Positions 1-9,856 of a DNA stretch of 64,000 nt are shown here, in pieces. A model generated the notes under the pieces. That model made no database searches and was not told where the DNA came from. It saw nothing but the letters and a program-made list of their open reading frames with translations. Position 1 is the stretch's first letter. Each line of letters starts with the position of its first letter. A program made the position numbers and the translations under genes. This DNA comes from a virus. The stretch spans positions 32,001 to 96,000 of the IMG/VR virus record IMGVR_UViG_3300048032_000927. One strand, written 5' to 3'.

Positions 1-1
1 C

Positions 2-1393
2 ACTGGAAAGTTCATCACTTTAACGAATGTCTGTACGTTACCTATTACAGTGACAGGTTTCACTATGTCTGATCCAGCTAGATTTTCCTTGTTTGAATAT
101 CCACTACATAAGGGAACGCAAATTTATACCTCAGGAAATACCGCCGACCTTCCTTTTACTTTACAGCCAAATGAATTTAAAAGAATAAACACATATTTTC
201 ATCCTCTTATATCAGAGTTAACGAATGGAACGCCCGGAACTTTTGATAATCGAGTCGGCGATTCTTTTGAATCAAGGGTAGAAATTTATCCAGGATTCCC
301 TATACAAAATTGTACAAATGATCCAAATAGCTGTGACGCATACTTTACTTTAAGTGGAGAGTTTGTGTGCGAAGAGCCTGACAAAGATTGGATGTATAAT
401 AATGAGAATTTTATAACCCCGAACTTATCTGATTTAGGTGGGATAGATGCTGATTATTGCATACCAATCACAGATCCAATAGAAATGGTTAAGGATGGCG
501 GGCTTCATATTGAAAATACATTTTCGGGGCTAAGAGATACAGCTATTGCTTACGGAAAAGTACTGGATGATGGTGGCAGGCTTCACGAGAAATATCAAGA
601 TATCGGAATGGCTGGATCGCTTGCAGGTTTCGGGGCAATATGCCAAGGCTTGATTGACTCCAATAACCATAACAATATAAATAATTTGTTTGGGGCTACA
701 TTAACCAACCATTCATATACCTATAATGATGGCGAGAATGAATACCCGCTAAATATTAGCTATACTCCAAATAATACAGCAGTTAAGTCGTTTAATGATA
801 TACCTCATACAGGGATGCTCTTTAATGTGTTTTCAGAAGACCCATCAAGGGAAACTTATTACAGTACGGTATTTATAAATGTCGGCGCAAAAGATGCACA
901 AAGACAATTAAATAGAATGTTTACTGCGCAAAAAGGAGAGTATACTTTGGAAGATTTCTGTACTCCAGAAAAGTTTGAGAATAAAAATATTTCAACTGAT
1001 TTAGTTTATATTAGTGATGGATTTATAGGTCATGCAGAGGCGTGGCTACCCTCAGTAGCTGCAATATTCAATAAAGGAGTATATACTAAAGAGGATATAG
1101 AGCCAGAAGTCAGTAGGGACTTTGAATCAATATTGATACGGGAAAATGTAAAACTGACAATGTATTCAAAAGAAAACTTAAGCGGAGATGTACTACTAGA
1201 AAAGGAAGGTCCAGTCATATTCTATATAGCAGGGCGTTTCAACGCGGATGATATAAGCGAACAAATCTTAATTGATCAAGGTTTAACCGAGGGGCTTCTC
1301 GATAATGATGGTTTATTTATAGACAGTAAGTTGGAGTTTTTTGACTGGAATCGTTCGCAATTAAATTCTTTCAAAATAGAATATTTAGGATGA
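2..1393 (+). CDS. Putative virion protein with N-terminal ASH/choice-of-anchor-D-like Ig domain (5' truncated)
   Basis: Frame is open from base 2 (TGKFITLTNVCTLPITVTGF..FSL...PFTLQPNEFKRINTYFHP), matching the TLTNxxxxPLxI...LxPGxxxxVxVxFxP pattern; lies upstream of tail-tip genes. Confidence 0.5.
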   Translation, partial: TGKFITLTNVCTLPITVTGFTMSDPARFSLFEYPLHKGTQIYTSGNTADLPFTLQPNEFKRINTYFHPLISELTNGTPGTFDNRVGDSFESRVEIYPGFPIQNCTNDPNSCDAYFTLSGEFVCEEPDKDWMYNNENFITPNLSDLGGIDADYCIPITDPIEMVKDGGLHIENTFSGLRDTAIAYGKVLDDGGRLHEKYQDIGMAGSLAGFGAICQGLIDSNNHNNINNLFGATLTNHSYTYNDGENEYPLNISYTPNNTAVKSFNDIPHTGMLFNVFSEDPSRETYYSTVFINVGAKDAQRQLNRMFTAQKGEYTLEDFCTPEKFENKNISTDLVYISDGFIGHAEAWLPSVAAIFNKGVYTKEDIEPEVSRDFESILIRENVKLTMYSKENLSGDVLLEKEGPVIFYIAGRFNADDISEQILIDQGLTEGLLDNDGLFIDSKLEFFDWNRSQLNSFKIEYLG

Positions 1394-2940
1394 TAAACAT
1401 TTATAATATATCTTCTGGTGATTCAGATTCTAATAATGATTACATTAATATTCATGCGTCTATGGATGCGTCAGAAACTTCTTTTGTAAGTGTTTATAAT
1501 GTGGATGGAACTGGTGTCATTCAATATAATACAAGGTCTGATTATTTATGGAAAGTAGAAAGAAAAAAATACTTTTCGGAAAGTAATGTAAATTTAAAGT
1601 CATCTCAATCTAGTAAATTAGGATATCCTGAATATTTTTCATGGGCTCCTGGTGGTAATATTTCGGTACTATCCAATGATGAAAGAATTGAAAATAACGA
1701 ATATTTACCTTTAACGCAAAAAAATGATATATCTGACGCTGATATTGAAAAGTCCAATATATTAGTGTTGTCTGATTATTATGATGATCCTTGGGTGCCA
1801 AGCGGCGCAGTTGTTGTAGATCAGGTTTATTCAACTAAAATCGGCGCTGATAGTTCTGTGGGTGATCCGCCTTTTGTTAGTTTGACTACTGGAGAATCGA
1901 CTCAACCGGTATCAGGGTTTATGGATACACTACAGCCTATACTTGGACTTAGTGAAGCTGAAAAAGAGGCGGTTAAACAAAACACTAAACAAATTTGTAA
2001 ATTTCAATTAAGTTCCTCTAGTTTAGAAGGCTCTGTATTCTCTTTTAATATTGTTAAAAATTTTCTTGGCAATGATTATTTTGGAGTTGGTAGTGAGAAC
2101 TTGCCGATTCAGTTTGGTAGAATAAAACTAAACAAAACCGACAATCTATCTACTCTAAGAGAATGGAACAGTATCTTTACTATCAATGACGATTGTAATG
2201 TTGACTCAATCTTCAGAGACGGAACAAATAGAGATACGGTGTTTTACTCAGAGCTCGAACAATACATAAATGATAACTGGTCAGGCAGATTAAAGGATCA
2301 TCTTTGGGGTAAATACATTAATGACGAAACATGCCCTTTAAGCACGAGAGATCCAAGCAAATTAAAGAGACACATATTGTATTGTTATTATTATTTTGGC
2401 GTTTCTGATGATATTTACAATTTAGCATTAAAAGCTTATCCTGATTACAAAGCTCAGGTCGGTATTCAAACAGTTATGCGTTGGCACATAGGACTTGGTG
2501 GAAAAAGTAAGTATTCGAAAAACAGAAGATTTATTACGGAAGAGTATTCTTATTTGCCCGCAATATCTGAATATAAAACTGTAAGCAAAGTTATGGGCTT
2601 GCCGCCCCGAACATTATACATTTATAGTGTTGCAAATAACCGAAATATCGCTAACGTAATAGGAGATGCGCCTGTAGAAGTACAAACCGTTGACCTTGAT
2701 TTTGAGGCATTACTGCAAGCCAGATCTATGTTATGGTGGGAGGGCGTTGATTCTTATTTACAAATGCGGGAGCAATCACTCGAGACATCCTTTCCATCTG
2801 TGGAATTATTTGAAGAAGTTGATGATAATAACTATATGCCAAGAGAGTCTAGTTTTGAATCAGATGCAGGTAACAAGCAATATTTCGAGCCAACAGGAAG
2901 CGATATTACAATAACCGAAGATACTGAAATCTATGATTAA
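1390..2940 (+). CDS. Hypothetical protein, probably tail-associated
   Basis: 516-aa acidic ORF overlapping both neighbours, directly upstream of gpL. Confidence 0.45.
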   Translation: MINIYNISSGDSDSNNDYINIHASMDASETSFVSVYNVDGTGVIQYNTRSDYLWKVERKKYFSESNVNLKSSQSSKLGYPEYFSWAPGGNISVLSNDERIENNEYLPLTQKNDISDADIEKSNILVLSDYYDDPWVPSGAVVVDQVYSTKIGADSSVGDPPFVSLTTGESTQPVSGFMDTLQPILGLSEAEKEAVKQNTKQICKFQLSSSSLEGSVFSFNIVKNFLGNDYFGVGSENLPIQFGRIKLNKTDNLSTLREWNSIFTINDDCNVDSIFRDGTNRDTVFYSELEQYINDNWSGRLKDHLWGKYINDETCPLSTRDPSKLKRHILYCYYYFGVSDDIYNLALKAYPDYKAQVGIQTVMRWHIGLGGKSKYSKNRRFITEEYSYLPAISEYKTVSKVMGLPPRTLYIYSVANNRNIANVIGDAPVEVQTVDLDFEALLQARSMLWWEGVDSYLQMREQSLETSFPSVELFEEVDDNNYMPRESSFESDAGNKQYFEPTGSDITITEDTEIYD

Positions 2941-3964
2941 AAAAGAACATGTGCAAACTCTTTTTGAGCTGGACCCTTCGGCTATAATATCTTTGTACCA
3001 GATAGATCTAAAGGAAAAAGGAAAGTATTTGTTTCATGCTGGAGAAAATGGATATAAAAATAAAATAATATTTAACTCTCAAGCTTACGATTTTTTTCCT
3101 ATTCAAGCGGAAGGCTTCGAGATTAAAGGCGATGGCAGGCTTCCTAGGCCAACACTCACATTATCTAATCATGGCGGAGTGATATCAATGCGCTTGAATT
3201 ATTTCAAAGACTTTATTAATTACAAGGTTACAAGAATCAAAACGTTTGTTAAATATTTAGACAACGCAAACTTTCCGAACAATTTAAACCCACACTCAGA
3301 GCCGGATCCTGATGCAGCATTCGAGCAGGATGTTTTCTTTATTAATCAGAAGACCAAAGAAGATGATAACATTGTAGAGTTTGAGTTGGTTTCATTATTG
3401 GAGTTACAAAACGCAAACACTCCAAATAGAACAGTATATTCAAACCACTGCCCCTGGCAATATAGGGGTGACATAGGATGCGGGTACAAAGGAAAGCCTA
3501 TAGCTGACGAAAAAAATGTAAGATTTGTTCCCAGTGGCTACAATGGAGCAATGGTTGGTGAAGAAGTTTACTTTGGCTCTGAATTTGGATCAACAGAATT
3601 TGCACCTTTGAACTCTAATGAATCTTATAATGATTGGAATGTAAATTCTACATACAATAAAGGAGACGTTGTTAAGATTGTACCATTCGATTACGATTCA
3701 TCTTTAAATCCAGTCGCAATTTACGTATGCATCAAAGACGCAGTAAAGTCAAACCCTATATTTGATAGAGAAAGTTGGCGGCTAGATGAATGTGACAGAA
3801 CTTTATGTGGTTGCAGGCTTAGATTTTCAGATCCAGCCACAGGCGCAGGAGGAGGATTGCGTATATCTGATAACGCAAATAGCCAAGATGCTTTTTGGAC
3901 AGAATCAGAAGAGGGTTTACCGTTTGGAGGATTTCCTGGAGTTGATCCTTATGACTTCAAGTAA
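2933..3964 (+). CDS. Minor tail protein L (lambda gpL-like, Fe-S binding)
   Basis: PIQAEGFE..GDGRLPRPTLTLSN, VTRIKTFVKYLD, VEFEL, CPWQYRGDIGCGY, CDRTLCGCRLRF and terminal LPFGGFPG. Confidence 0.92.
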   Translation: MIKKEHVQTLFELDPSAIISLYQIDLKEKGKYLFHAGENGYKNKIIFNSQAYDFFPIQAEGFEIKGDGRLPRPTLTLSNHGGVISMRLNYFKDFINYKVTRIKTFVKYLDNANFPNNLNPHSEPDPDAAFEQDVFFINQKTKEDDNIVEFELVSLLELQNANTPNRTVYSNHCPWQYRGDIGCGYKGKPIADEKNVRFVPSGYNGAMVGEEVYFGSEFGSTEFAPLNSNESYNDWNVNSTYNKGDVVKIVPFDYDSSLNPVAIYVCIKDAVKSNPIFDRESWRLDECDRTLCGCRLRFSDPATGAGGGLRISDNANSQDAFWTESEEGLPFGGFPGVDPYDFK

Positions 3965-4676
3965 TTTCTGCGACAAAATTATAACTCACGCCAAATCTAA
4001 TAATCAAGAAGAGGTTTGTGGATTAATTGTTTTAAATCAAGATTTAACTATTTCAGTTGAGCCGATGATCAATGAACATTCAAGCCCAGACAAATGTTTC
4101 TCAATGTCGGCGGCCAAATTCATCAATTTTAAAATAAACAAAACGATATTAGGTGTTTATCATTCTCACCCTAATCACAATGAAGAACCATCAGAGCACG
4201 ATATTAATACTTGTGAAGAATTAGGTATACCTTATTTGATTTACAGCTTAGTTACTGATAAATTTTTTCTTTATTGCCCCGAATCTTATGAGCCTGAAGA
4301 TCTTATAGGAAGACCTTACGTCGAAGGATTCTACGAATGCACCTCTATCTTCCGCGACTACTTTCACCTAAAACTAAACAAAAACATATCAACCTATAAT
4401 AAAAACTACTGGCTACCAAAAGAAGATAAAAAAGCTAATGATTTATTGTACAATGTATTAGATAAGTATTTTAATAAAGTCAGCGACCAAGATATTAAAA
4501 AGCATGATATATTAGTGTTTCAATTAAAAGAATCTAAAAGATGTCATGTCGGGGTCTATTTAGGTAATGATTATTTCATTCATCAGCCATCAAAAGCACT
4601 ATCATGCAATCAAATGCTAGACGAAAGATGGCAAAGCAAAATAAAAGAAACCTACCGCCACCATTCTTTGGTGTAA
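3951..4676 (+). CDS. Tail assembly protein K (JAB/MPN + NlpC/P60)
   Basis: EVCGLIV, JAMM motif HSHP...PSEHD, GRPYVEGFYEC, HVGVYLG..FIH. Start reassigned to ATG 3951. Confidence 0.9.
   Translation: MTSSNFCDKIITHAKSNNQEEVCGLIVLNQDLTISVEPMINEHSSPDKCFSMSAAKFINFKINKTILGVYHSHPNHNEEPSEHDINTCEELGIPYLIYSLVTDKFFLYCPESYEPEDLIGRPYVEGFYECTSIFRDYFHLKLNKNISTYNKNYWLPKEDKKANDLLYNVLDKYFNKVSDQDIKKHDILVFQLKESKRCHVGVYLGNDYFIHQPSKALSCNQMLDERWQSKIKETYRHHSLV
4671..4676 (+). promoter_or_regulatory. GTGTAA motif, putative phage promoter
   Basis: Begins 23 nt before ATG 4694 (gpI-J); also supplies the gpK stop codon. Confidence 0.4.
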
Positions 4677-4693
4677 ATATACAAGGCAAAAGG

Positions 4694-7600
4694 ATGAAAA
4701 AAATTTATTTACATGGAGCTTTAGGTAAGCGTTTTGGCAAAGAGTGGAGCCTTGACGTTAGTTCCGCATCTGAAGCCATATCTGCCCTTTTTGCTAATGA
4801 GCCAAAAATCGCGAAATATATAAACAAAAAATATCAAGAAGGGATATCATATGGAGTAAAAAAAGGCGACAACAAAAATTTTCTACAAAAAGAAGATTAT
4901 ACCTTAAATACAAATAAGGATTTACATGTTTTTCCTGTACCTGAAGGTTCTGCAGATTTTGCTATTAATTTAGCTATTATGGCAGTGACTACTGCTGCAA
5001 GCATGATGATCCAGAAAAAAATGGCAGAGGCTATGAGAAGAGATGATTCTACTTTGGTAGCACAAACTCAGTCATTTATTTATTCCGGTGGAGATAATAG
5101 ATTTCAGCAAGGATCAAACATTCCTGTTGGTTATGGAAGAATGAAAATCGGAAGCAATGTTATATCTTCTTGCGTAGTTAATTATGATTTTAACTCTAAT
5201 AAACAAAAAATATTTAAATTTGAAAACGGAATACCTGGGCTAGTTCCTGCATATCACAAATACTATGACAATTCATTAGGGCCATTAGGCTCTTCTTTCG
5301 ATAATAATACATTTGATGGAAAAAGCAGCTTTAAAAATGCAAGCCCCAAAGCTAAATATATAAAAAGTTTGGAATTTCTGAGCCAACTTGGTTCAAACGA
5401 TGGAATATATGGGTCTTATCCTCCAAGTCAACAAGCTGAGACTAATAAATGGGTAGGTAATGCTTTTGGGGGTTATTATAGTTATAAGGCGAATTTCGCG
5501 AAAGGTATAGATAAGACAAAACTGCCGAATTTTAAAGAAGGGCAATGGTTCCCTAATCCTTTAGGGTCAAATATACAAGGCTTTCCTTATGGTTTAAAGG
5601 AAGATTCTGCAAATAAAAGTTCGTACATATGCACTCAAAGTGTTCCTATTAGAGATGGGCAGTTGGAGGAAAGAATATTTTACCCTATAATATTTAGCGA
5701 AGAAACTATTAAAGATCTAAAAAACGGATCTTATGCAGGAGCTCCTTTCCCTATACAAGTAGGAGAAAGATGGATTGGCGGAAGCAAGGCAAACGGAATT
5801 GGTTGGTTTAAATTAGAATCTACATCGATCTATAAAGCTATAGATCTAATATCTGAGGGGCCTATCGAAGGATTCTGCAATAAAAACGGAACCAGTTTTA
5901 ATTTTGACAAAGAATTTAAATTAAACCCAAACCCTTCTCCGAATGACCCAGACTTTTTAAGAAATGAAAAAGATGATTACCTACAAGGTGTTTTTTTAGA
6001 TGATTTACAAGTAAAAGAAGTAAATTACTCAGCGGGAGAAGATTCTTACAATATAAGCGAATTTGATATTGATTTGGGAATGGATTCTAAGGGGATTATT
6101 GGTGGTGAATCGCAAGGTCTTCTCGATAACCAATATTTATTGACAGCAAATACAAAAGAAATAAATTCACCTCTTTATGGACCAAGAGCTATAAATTACG
6201 CTAATGTAAATTTGTCGTCTATAGAAACCAAGGACTTTATAAAAAATAAAGCGTACTCTAATAATGCAAGGGTAGCGCATTCTCAAAACGGAGAAGAGTA
6301 TACGTATGTTGTAAAAAAATCTTTATCAGATAAGTTAGAGCAAAATAATGAATATAAGGCAGGGGGTGGTGATATATATTACCTAGGTGAAGAAAATCAA
6401 GCAGAGTTTTATACGCCATTAGAAGGATTTAAGAATTTTGAAATATTTAGCGGAGAGGGCGCAAACTATATAGAGGGAGGGCAATCAGAGTATTACGAGC
6501 CAGGGGATTTAATTAAGGGAAGAACATTTGGTGGAGATACTCGTTATTATGAAATGGGTAATAATGCTGATCATTTTTTAGGCGTATTTGATTCATCAAA
6601 AACCTACACAAATCAAGTGGGTAAAATATTAATGCTAGATCAATCTTCAAGCGCAGACATAAATACCATTTCACAAATTGTAAAAATTACAGGTAATTAT
6701 ACTCCTGGTGATACTATATCAAGTTTCACTGAGTCATTGACGGCGGAATACGAAGATGAAAAAGGGGAGGTGCATATAGTGGTCAATGACCCTTGGTTTG
6801 TAGCTACGTACACTCAAACACCAGGAGTACCAAAGAATGTTTTTGGCGCAGAAATCGACATAACTCCAAGCTCCCCTAAATCTCAGGAATTAAATTTATG
6901 GGAAAAAATAATCATTAATGATCCGAAAAATATCACTAATGAAAATGGAGAAGACAAAAAAAACTTAAATTTATTTCAAAAACTAGAAAAAGGCGTAAAA
7001 ACAAATGCAATTGATCCAGCTGAAGAGAATTTTATAGCGCATAAAATTATCAATTTAAATGTAGAAGAAGTTTTTGTTAGCCTACAAATAGATGAGTTAT
7101 CTTACATATATGAGGGTGATTTTCTGGAGGCTGAATATAAATTAGGTGAAATGATGGGTGCAATAATGGGCGGATTAGTTGGGCTAGGTATAGCCGGATC
7201 AGTACAGAACCCTTTTGACTCAATTAGTGGGGCTGCATTTATGGGGCTAAGTGCATTGCTTGGGGCTATAGTTGGTTTTGTAGGTGCAAAATCTGCTAAA
7301 TTTAGCATAGGCACTAAAATGGAGAATAGTGGAGAAATTTGGCCCAATAGAGCTAAGTTTAGAATTAAATATGGCAATGAGGGTGAAGCTCTCTATTCTA
7401 CTGATGTTTATATTTATGGAATAGCAACTTCCGCGTACAGAAAAGACATTAAGGTGTATTTACCGAAAAACCCTCACCAAAAGGACCGAGAAATAAAAGT
7501 GTATAAACTAAATAGAGAAAGGAACTTTGTTAAAGAAGGTGAAATGTCAGCAAGGTATAAAGAACGATTCTCTTTAGCTAGCATTACCGAAGTATCTCAT

Positions 7601-9856
7601 GTTAATTTAAGTTATCCAAATTCGGTAATTATAGGCACTAGAATAAATGCAAGAGATTACTCTAAGATGCCAACGAGAACTTTTCATTTGAAGCTCAAGA
7701 AAGTCGCGATTCCATCTAATTACGATCCTGTTACAAGAAAATATTCTGGTAATTGGGATGGACTTTTTAAGGGGCAAAAAAATAAAAATGATTCTATACC
7801 AGAGAGCGCGTTACACTGGACAGATAACCCAGCTTGGTGTCTTTATGATTTGATATCAAATAAAAGATACGGGGTTGGTAAATTTGGAATTAAGCCCGAA
7901 CATGTTGATCGGTGGACATTATATAGGATAGCAAAATATTGTGATGATTATGTTCCCACTGGATATAGCCCCAAATATACAAAAAGATCTTTTAATGCAA
8001 ACGGATCAAAAGCAATTAAGATTGATGGTGGCGCCAACTATGACTCAGTTGACTTTAGTGGGGAATTTAATTATCCGGGAAAAAAGATAGCCATTTTTTA
8101 CGAAGACAATACATACGAATCAATTACTATTGATAATGTGGATTCTTCCGAAAAAATTGTATATCTAGAAAATGATCCCGTTCAAAAATCAGGAGCCTGC
8201 GCTGTCTCGATAGACTATCCAATCGTGGAGCCAAGATACACTATGAACGCATTCATCATGGATCAGCAAAATGCATTTAAATTGATTAATGAATTCGCAT
8301 CTATATTTAGAGCATTTGCTTATTGGTCTGGTGGAGCAATTAACTTCTTTCAGGATGAAAAAAGAGATTCTGTAATGTTATTTACGAATAACAATATTTC
8401 TGATCAAGGATTTAGTTACTCTAGCACCCCAAAAACAAGTCGAACTAACGCTTGTAAAATAAAATACTTAGACAGGTACAATATGTATCGACCTAAAATA
8501 GAGTACTCAGAAGATAAAGAAGCAATAAAAGACAACAATATTATAGAGCAAACAGTTGACGGTTTTGGAATTACTTCTCAAGCGCAAGCAAAAAGAGCTG
8601 CCGACTTTGTCGTTAAAACCGCAAACTCAGAAACAGAACTCATATCTTTTGATACTAGCTCGATTGGATCTTATTTAAAACCGGGCGATATAGTAGAAGT
8701 TTTAGATCAAAAAAGAAATTTAGGTAAATTTTCAGGAAAAGTATTAAATTTAAACATAGCTGATGACGGTAAATCTGCAGAAATAGATATAGATTATCCA
8801 ATTAGAACTATCATAGATCCATTAAACAAAGAAACATGGAAAAAAATAACCTTATACCTGCCAGAACAAAACCAAAGCATATCATCGTTAGACGAAGCCG
8901 GACAAGTAACCGATCAGGATATATTAAATATAAGAGCGCCCCAAATTCAAGAATATCTAATATCTGAGATAACTGAAAATGATACAAAACTAATACTCAC
9001 AAATAATACTTACAGTTACATCGATGGAGAATTCACATGGACAAAAGCAATAAGTAATGCTAAAGAGAGAGGTGGCATACTCGCAACCATAGAGAATGAG
9101 CAAGATCAAAAATTCGCTAATTTTGTATTGCCGCAAAATAAAAAAGCCTGGATAGCTGGTTTTAAAAATGATAACAATGAATATGCTTGGTTCAATTCAG
9201 AGGCATGCGAAGATGGAGGATCCGCTTTAAATTATCAAAACTGGGCAAGCGGGCAACCTGATACCAGTGAAGATTACATATATATACAAGGTTCCACTGA
9301 TAATTCTCATGGAAATTGGCTAACAGATAATCATGCAGATTTAAAAGGTTATATTTTAGATAAACCAAGTGATAGTCCACTATTTGATTTAAGGGATTCT
9401 GAAGGGGTTTCTTTCATAATGGAAGATAATGTTCATTTCGCGAATAAGAAAAAATACAAGATATTGAGTATCGAAGAATCAGGACAGGGAACTTTCAAGG
9501 TTCAAGGATTAGAATATGACGAAGAAAAGTTTGATAATATAGAGAAAGATATATCGATTAAGCCTCCAGAGTCACCAGTGATATTTACAGAACAGCCATT
9601 AGACGCGCCATCTAATGTAACATTGCAAATTCTAAGTGAAGATGTAGATCAAGAAGTTTCTTATGGATTAAGAGCGATATGGGATGAAGTCGCAGGCGCA
9701 GTTAGCTATAGAGTTCAGTTCTTTAGTGGTAATGTTTTATTGGCAAGTTTTGAGATACCAAGCAAAAACCAATCGTCTATGCAATATGATTTCAGGGACC
9801 CAAGGATTACAGAAAATGGATCTTACTACGCCAGAATATATACAAGAGGAAGATAA
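4694..9856 (+). CDS. Fused tail assembly protein I / tail tip protein J with C-type lectin and FN3 domains
   Basis: gpI motifs (IYLHGALGKRFG, QGSNIPVGYGRMKIGSNVISS) then gpJ motifs (DLISEGPIEG, LSYPNS, WTDNPAWCLYDL..RYGVG, EPRY, GITSQAQAKR, LKPGDIV). Start reassigned to ATG 4694. Confidence 0.9.
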   Translation: MKKIYLHGALGKRFGKEWSLDVSSASEAISALFANEPKIAKYINKKYQEGISYGVKKGDNKNFLQKEDYTLNTNKDLHVFPVPEGSADFAINLAIMAVTTAASMMIQKKMAEAMRRDDSTLVAQTQSFIYSGGDNRFQQGSNIPVGYGRMKIGSNVISSCVVNYDFNSNKQKIFKFENGIPGLVPAYHKYYDNSLGPLGSSFDNNTFDGKSSFKNASPKAKYIKSLEFLSQLGSNDGIYGSYPPSQQAETNKWVGNAFGGYYSYKANFAKGIDKTKLPNFKEGQWFPNPLGSNIQGFPYGLKEDSANKSSYICTQSVPIRDGQLEERIFYPIIFSEETIKDLKNGSYAGAPFPIQVGERWIGGSKANGIGWFKLESTSIYKAIDLISEGPIEGFCNKNGTSFNFDKEFKLNPNPSPNDPDFLRNEKDDYLQGVFLDDLQVKEVNYSAGEDSYNISEFDIDLGMDSKGIIGGESQGLLDNQYLLTANTKEINSPLYGPRAINYANVNLSSIETKDFIKNKAYSNNARVAHSQNGEEYTYVVKKSLSDKLEQNNEYKAGGGDIYYLGEENQAEFYTPLEGFKNFEIFSGEGANYIEGGQSEYYEPGDLIKGRTFGGDTRYYEMGNNADHFLGVFDSSKTYTNQVGKILMLDQSSSADINTISQIVKITGNYTPGDTISSFTESLTAEYEDEKGEVHIVVNDPWFVATYTQTPGVPKNVFGAEIDITPSSPKSQELNLWEKIIINDPKNITNENGEDKKNLNLFQKLEKGVKTNAIDPAEENFIAHKIINLNVEEVFVSLQIDELSYIYEGDFLEAEYKLGEMMGAIMGGLVGLGIAGSVQNPFDSISGAAFMGLSALLGAIVGFVGAKSAKFSIGTKMENSGEIWPNRAKFRIKYGNEGEALYSTDVYIYGIATSAYRKDIKVYLPKNPHQKDREIKVYKLNRERNFVKEGEMSARYKERFSLASITEVSHVNLSYPNSVIIGTRINARDYSKMPTRTFHLKLKKVAIPSNYDPVTRKYSGNWDGLFKGQKNKNDSIPESALHWTDNPAWCLYDLISNKRYGVGKFGIKPEHVDRWTLYRIAKYCDDYVPTGYSPKYTKRSFNANGSKAIKIDGGANYDSVDFSGEFNYPGKKIAIFYEDNTYESITIDNVDSSEKIVYLENDPVQKSGACAVSIDYPIVEPRYTMNAFIMDQQNAFKLINEFASIFRAFAYWSGGAINFFQDEKRDSVMLFTNNNISDQGFSYSSTPKTSRTNACKIKYLDRYNMYRPKIEYSEDKEAIKDNNIIEQTVDGFGITSQAQAKRAADFVVKTANSETELISFDTSSIGSYLKPGDIVEVLDQKRNLGKFSGKVLNLNIADDGKSAEIDIDYPIRTIIDPLNKETWKKITLYLPEQNQSISSLDEAGQVTDQDILNIRAPQIQEYLISEITENDTKLILTNNTYSYIDGEFTWTKAISNAKERGGILATIENEQDQKFANFVLPQNKKAWIAGFKNDNNEYAWFNSEACEDGGSALNYQNWASGQPDTSEDYIYIQGSTDNSHGNWLTDNHADLKGYILDKPSDSPLFDLRDSEGVSFIMEDNVHFANKKKYKILSIEESGQGTFKVQGLEYDEEKFDNIEKDISIKPPESPVIFTEQPLDAPSNVTLQILSEDVDQEVSYGLRAIWDEVAGAVSYRVQFFSGNVLLASFEIPSKNQSSMQYDFRDPRITENGSYYARIYTRGR

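Noticed and set aside
3786-4693. Long N-terminal extensions given by the ORF track (3786 and 4604; likewise 18805, 20756, 25495, 46411, 47648)
   Set aside because: They overlap upstream genes and precede the family-typical N-termini; downstream ATGs were chosen.
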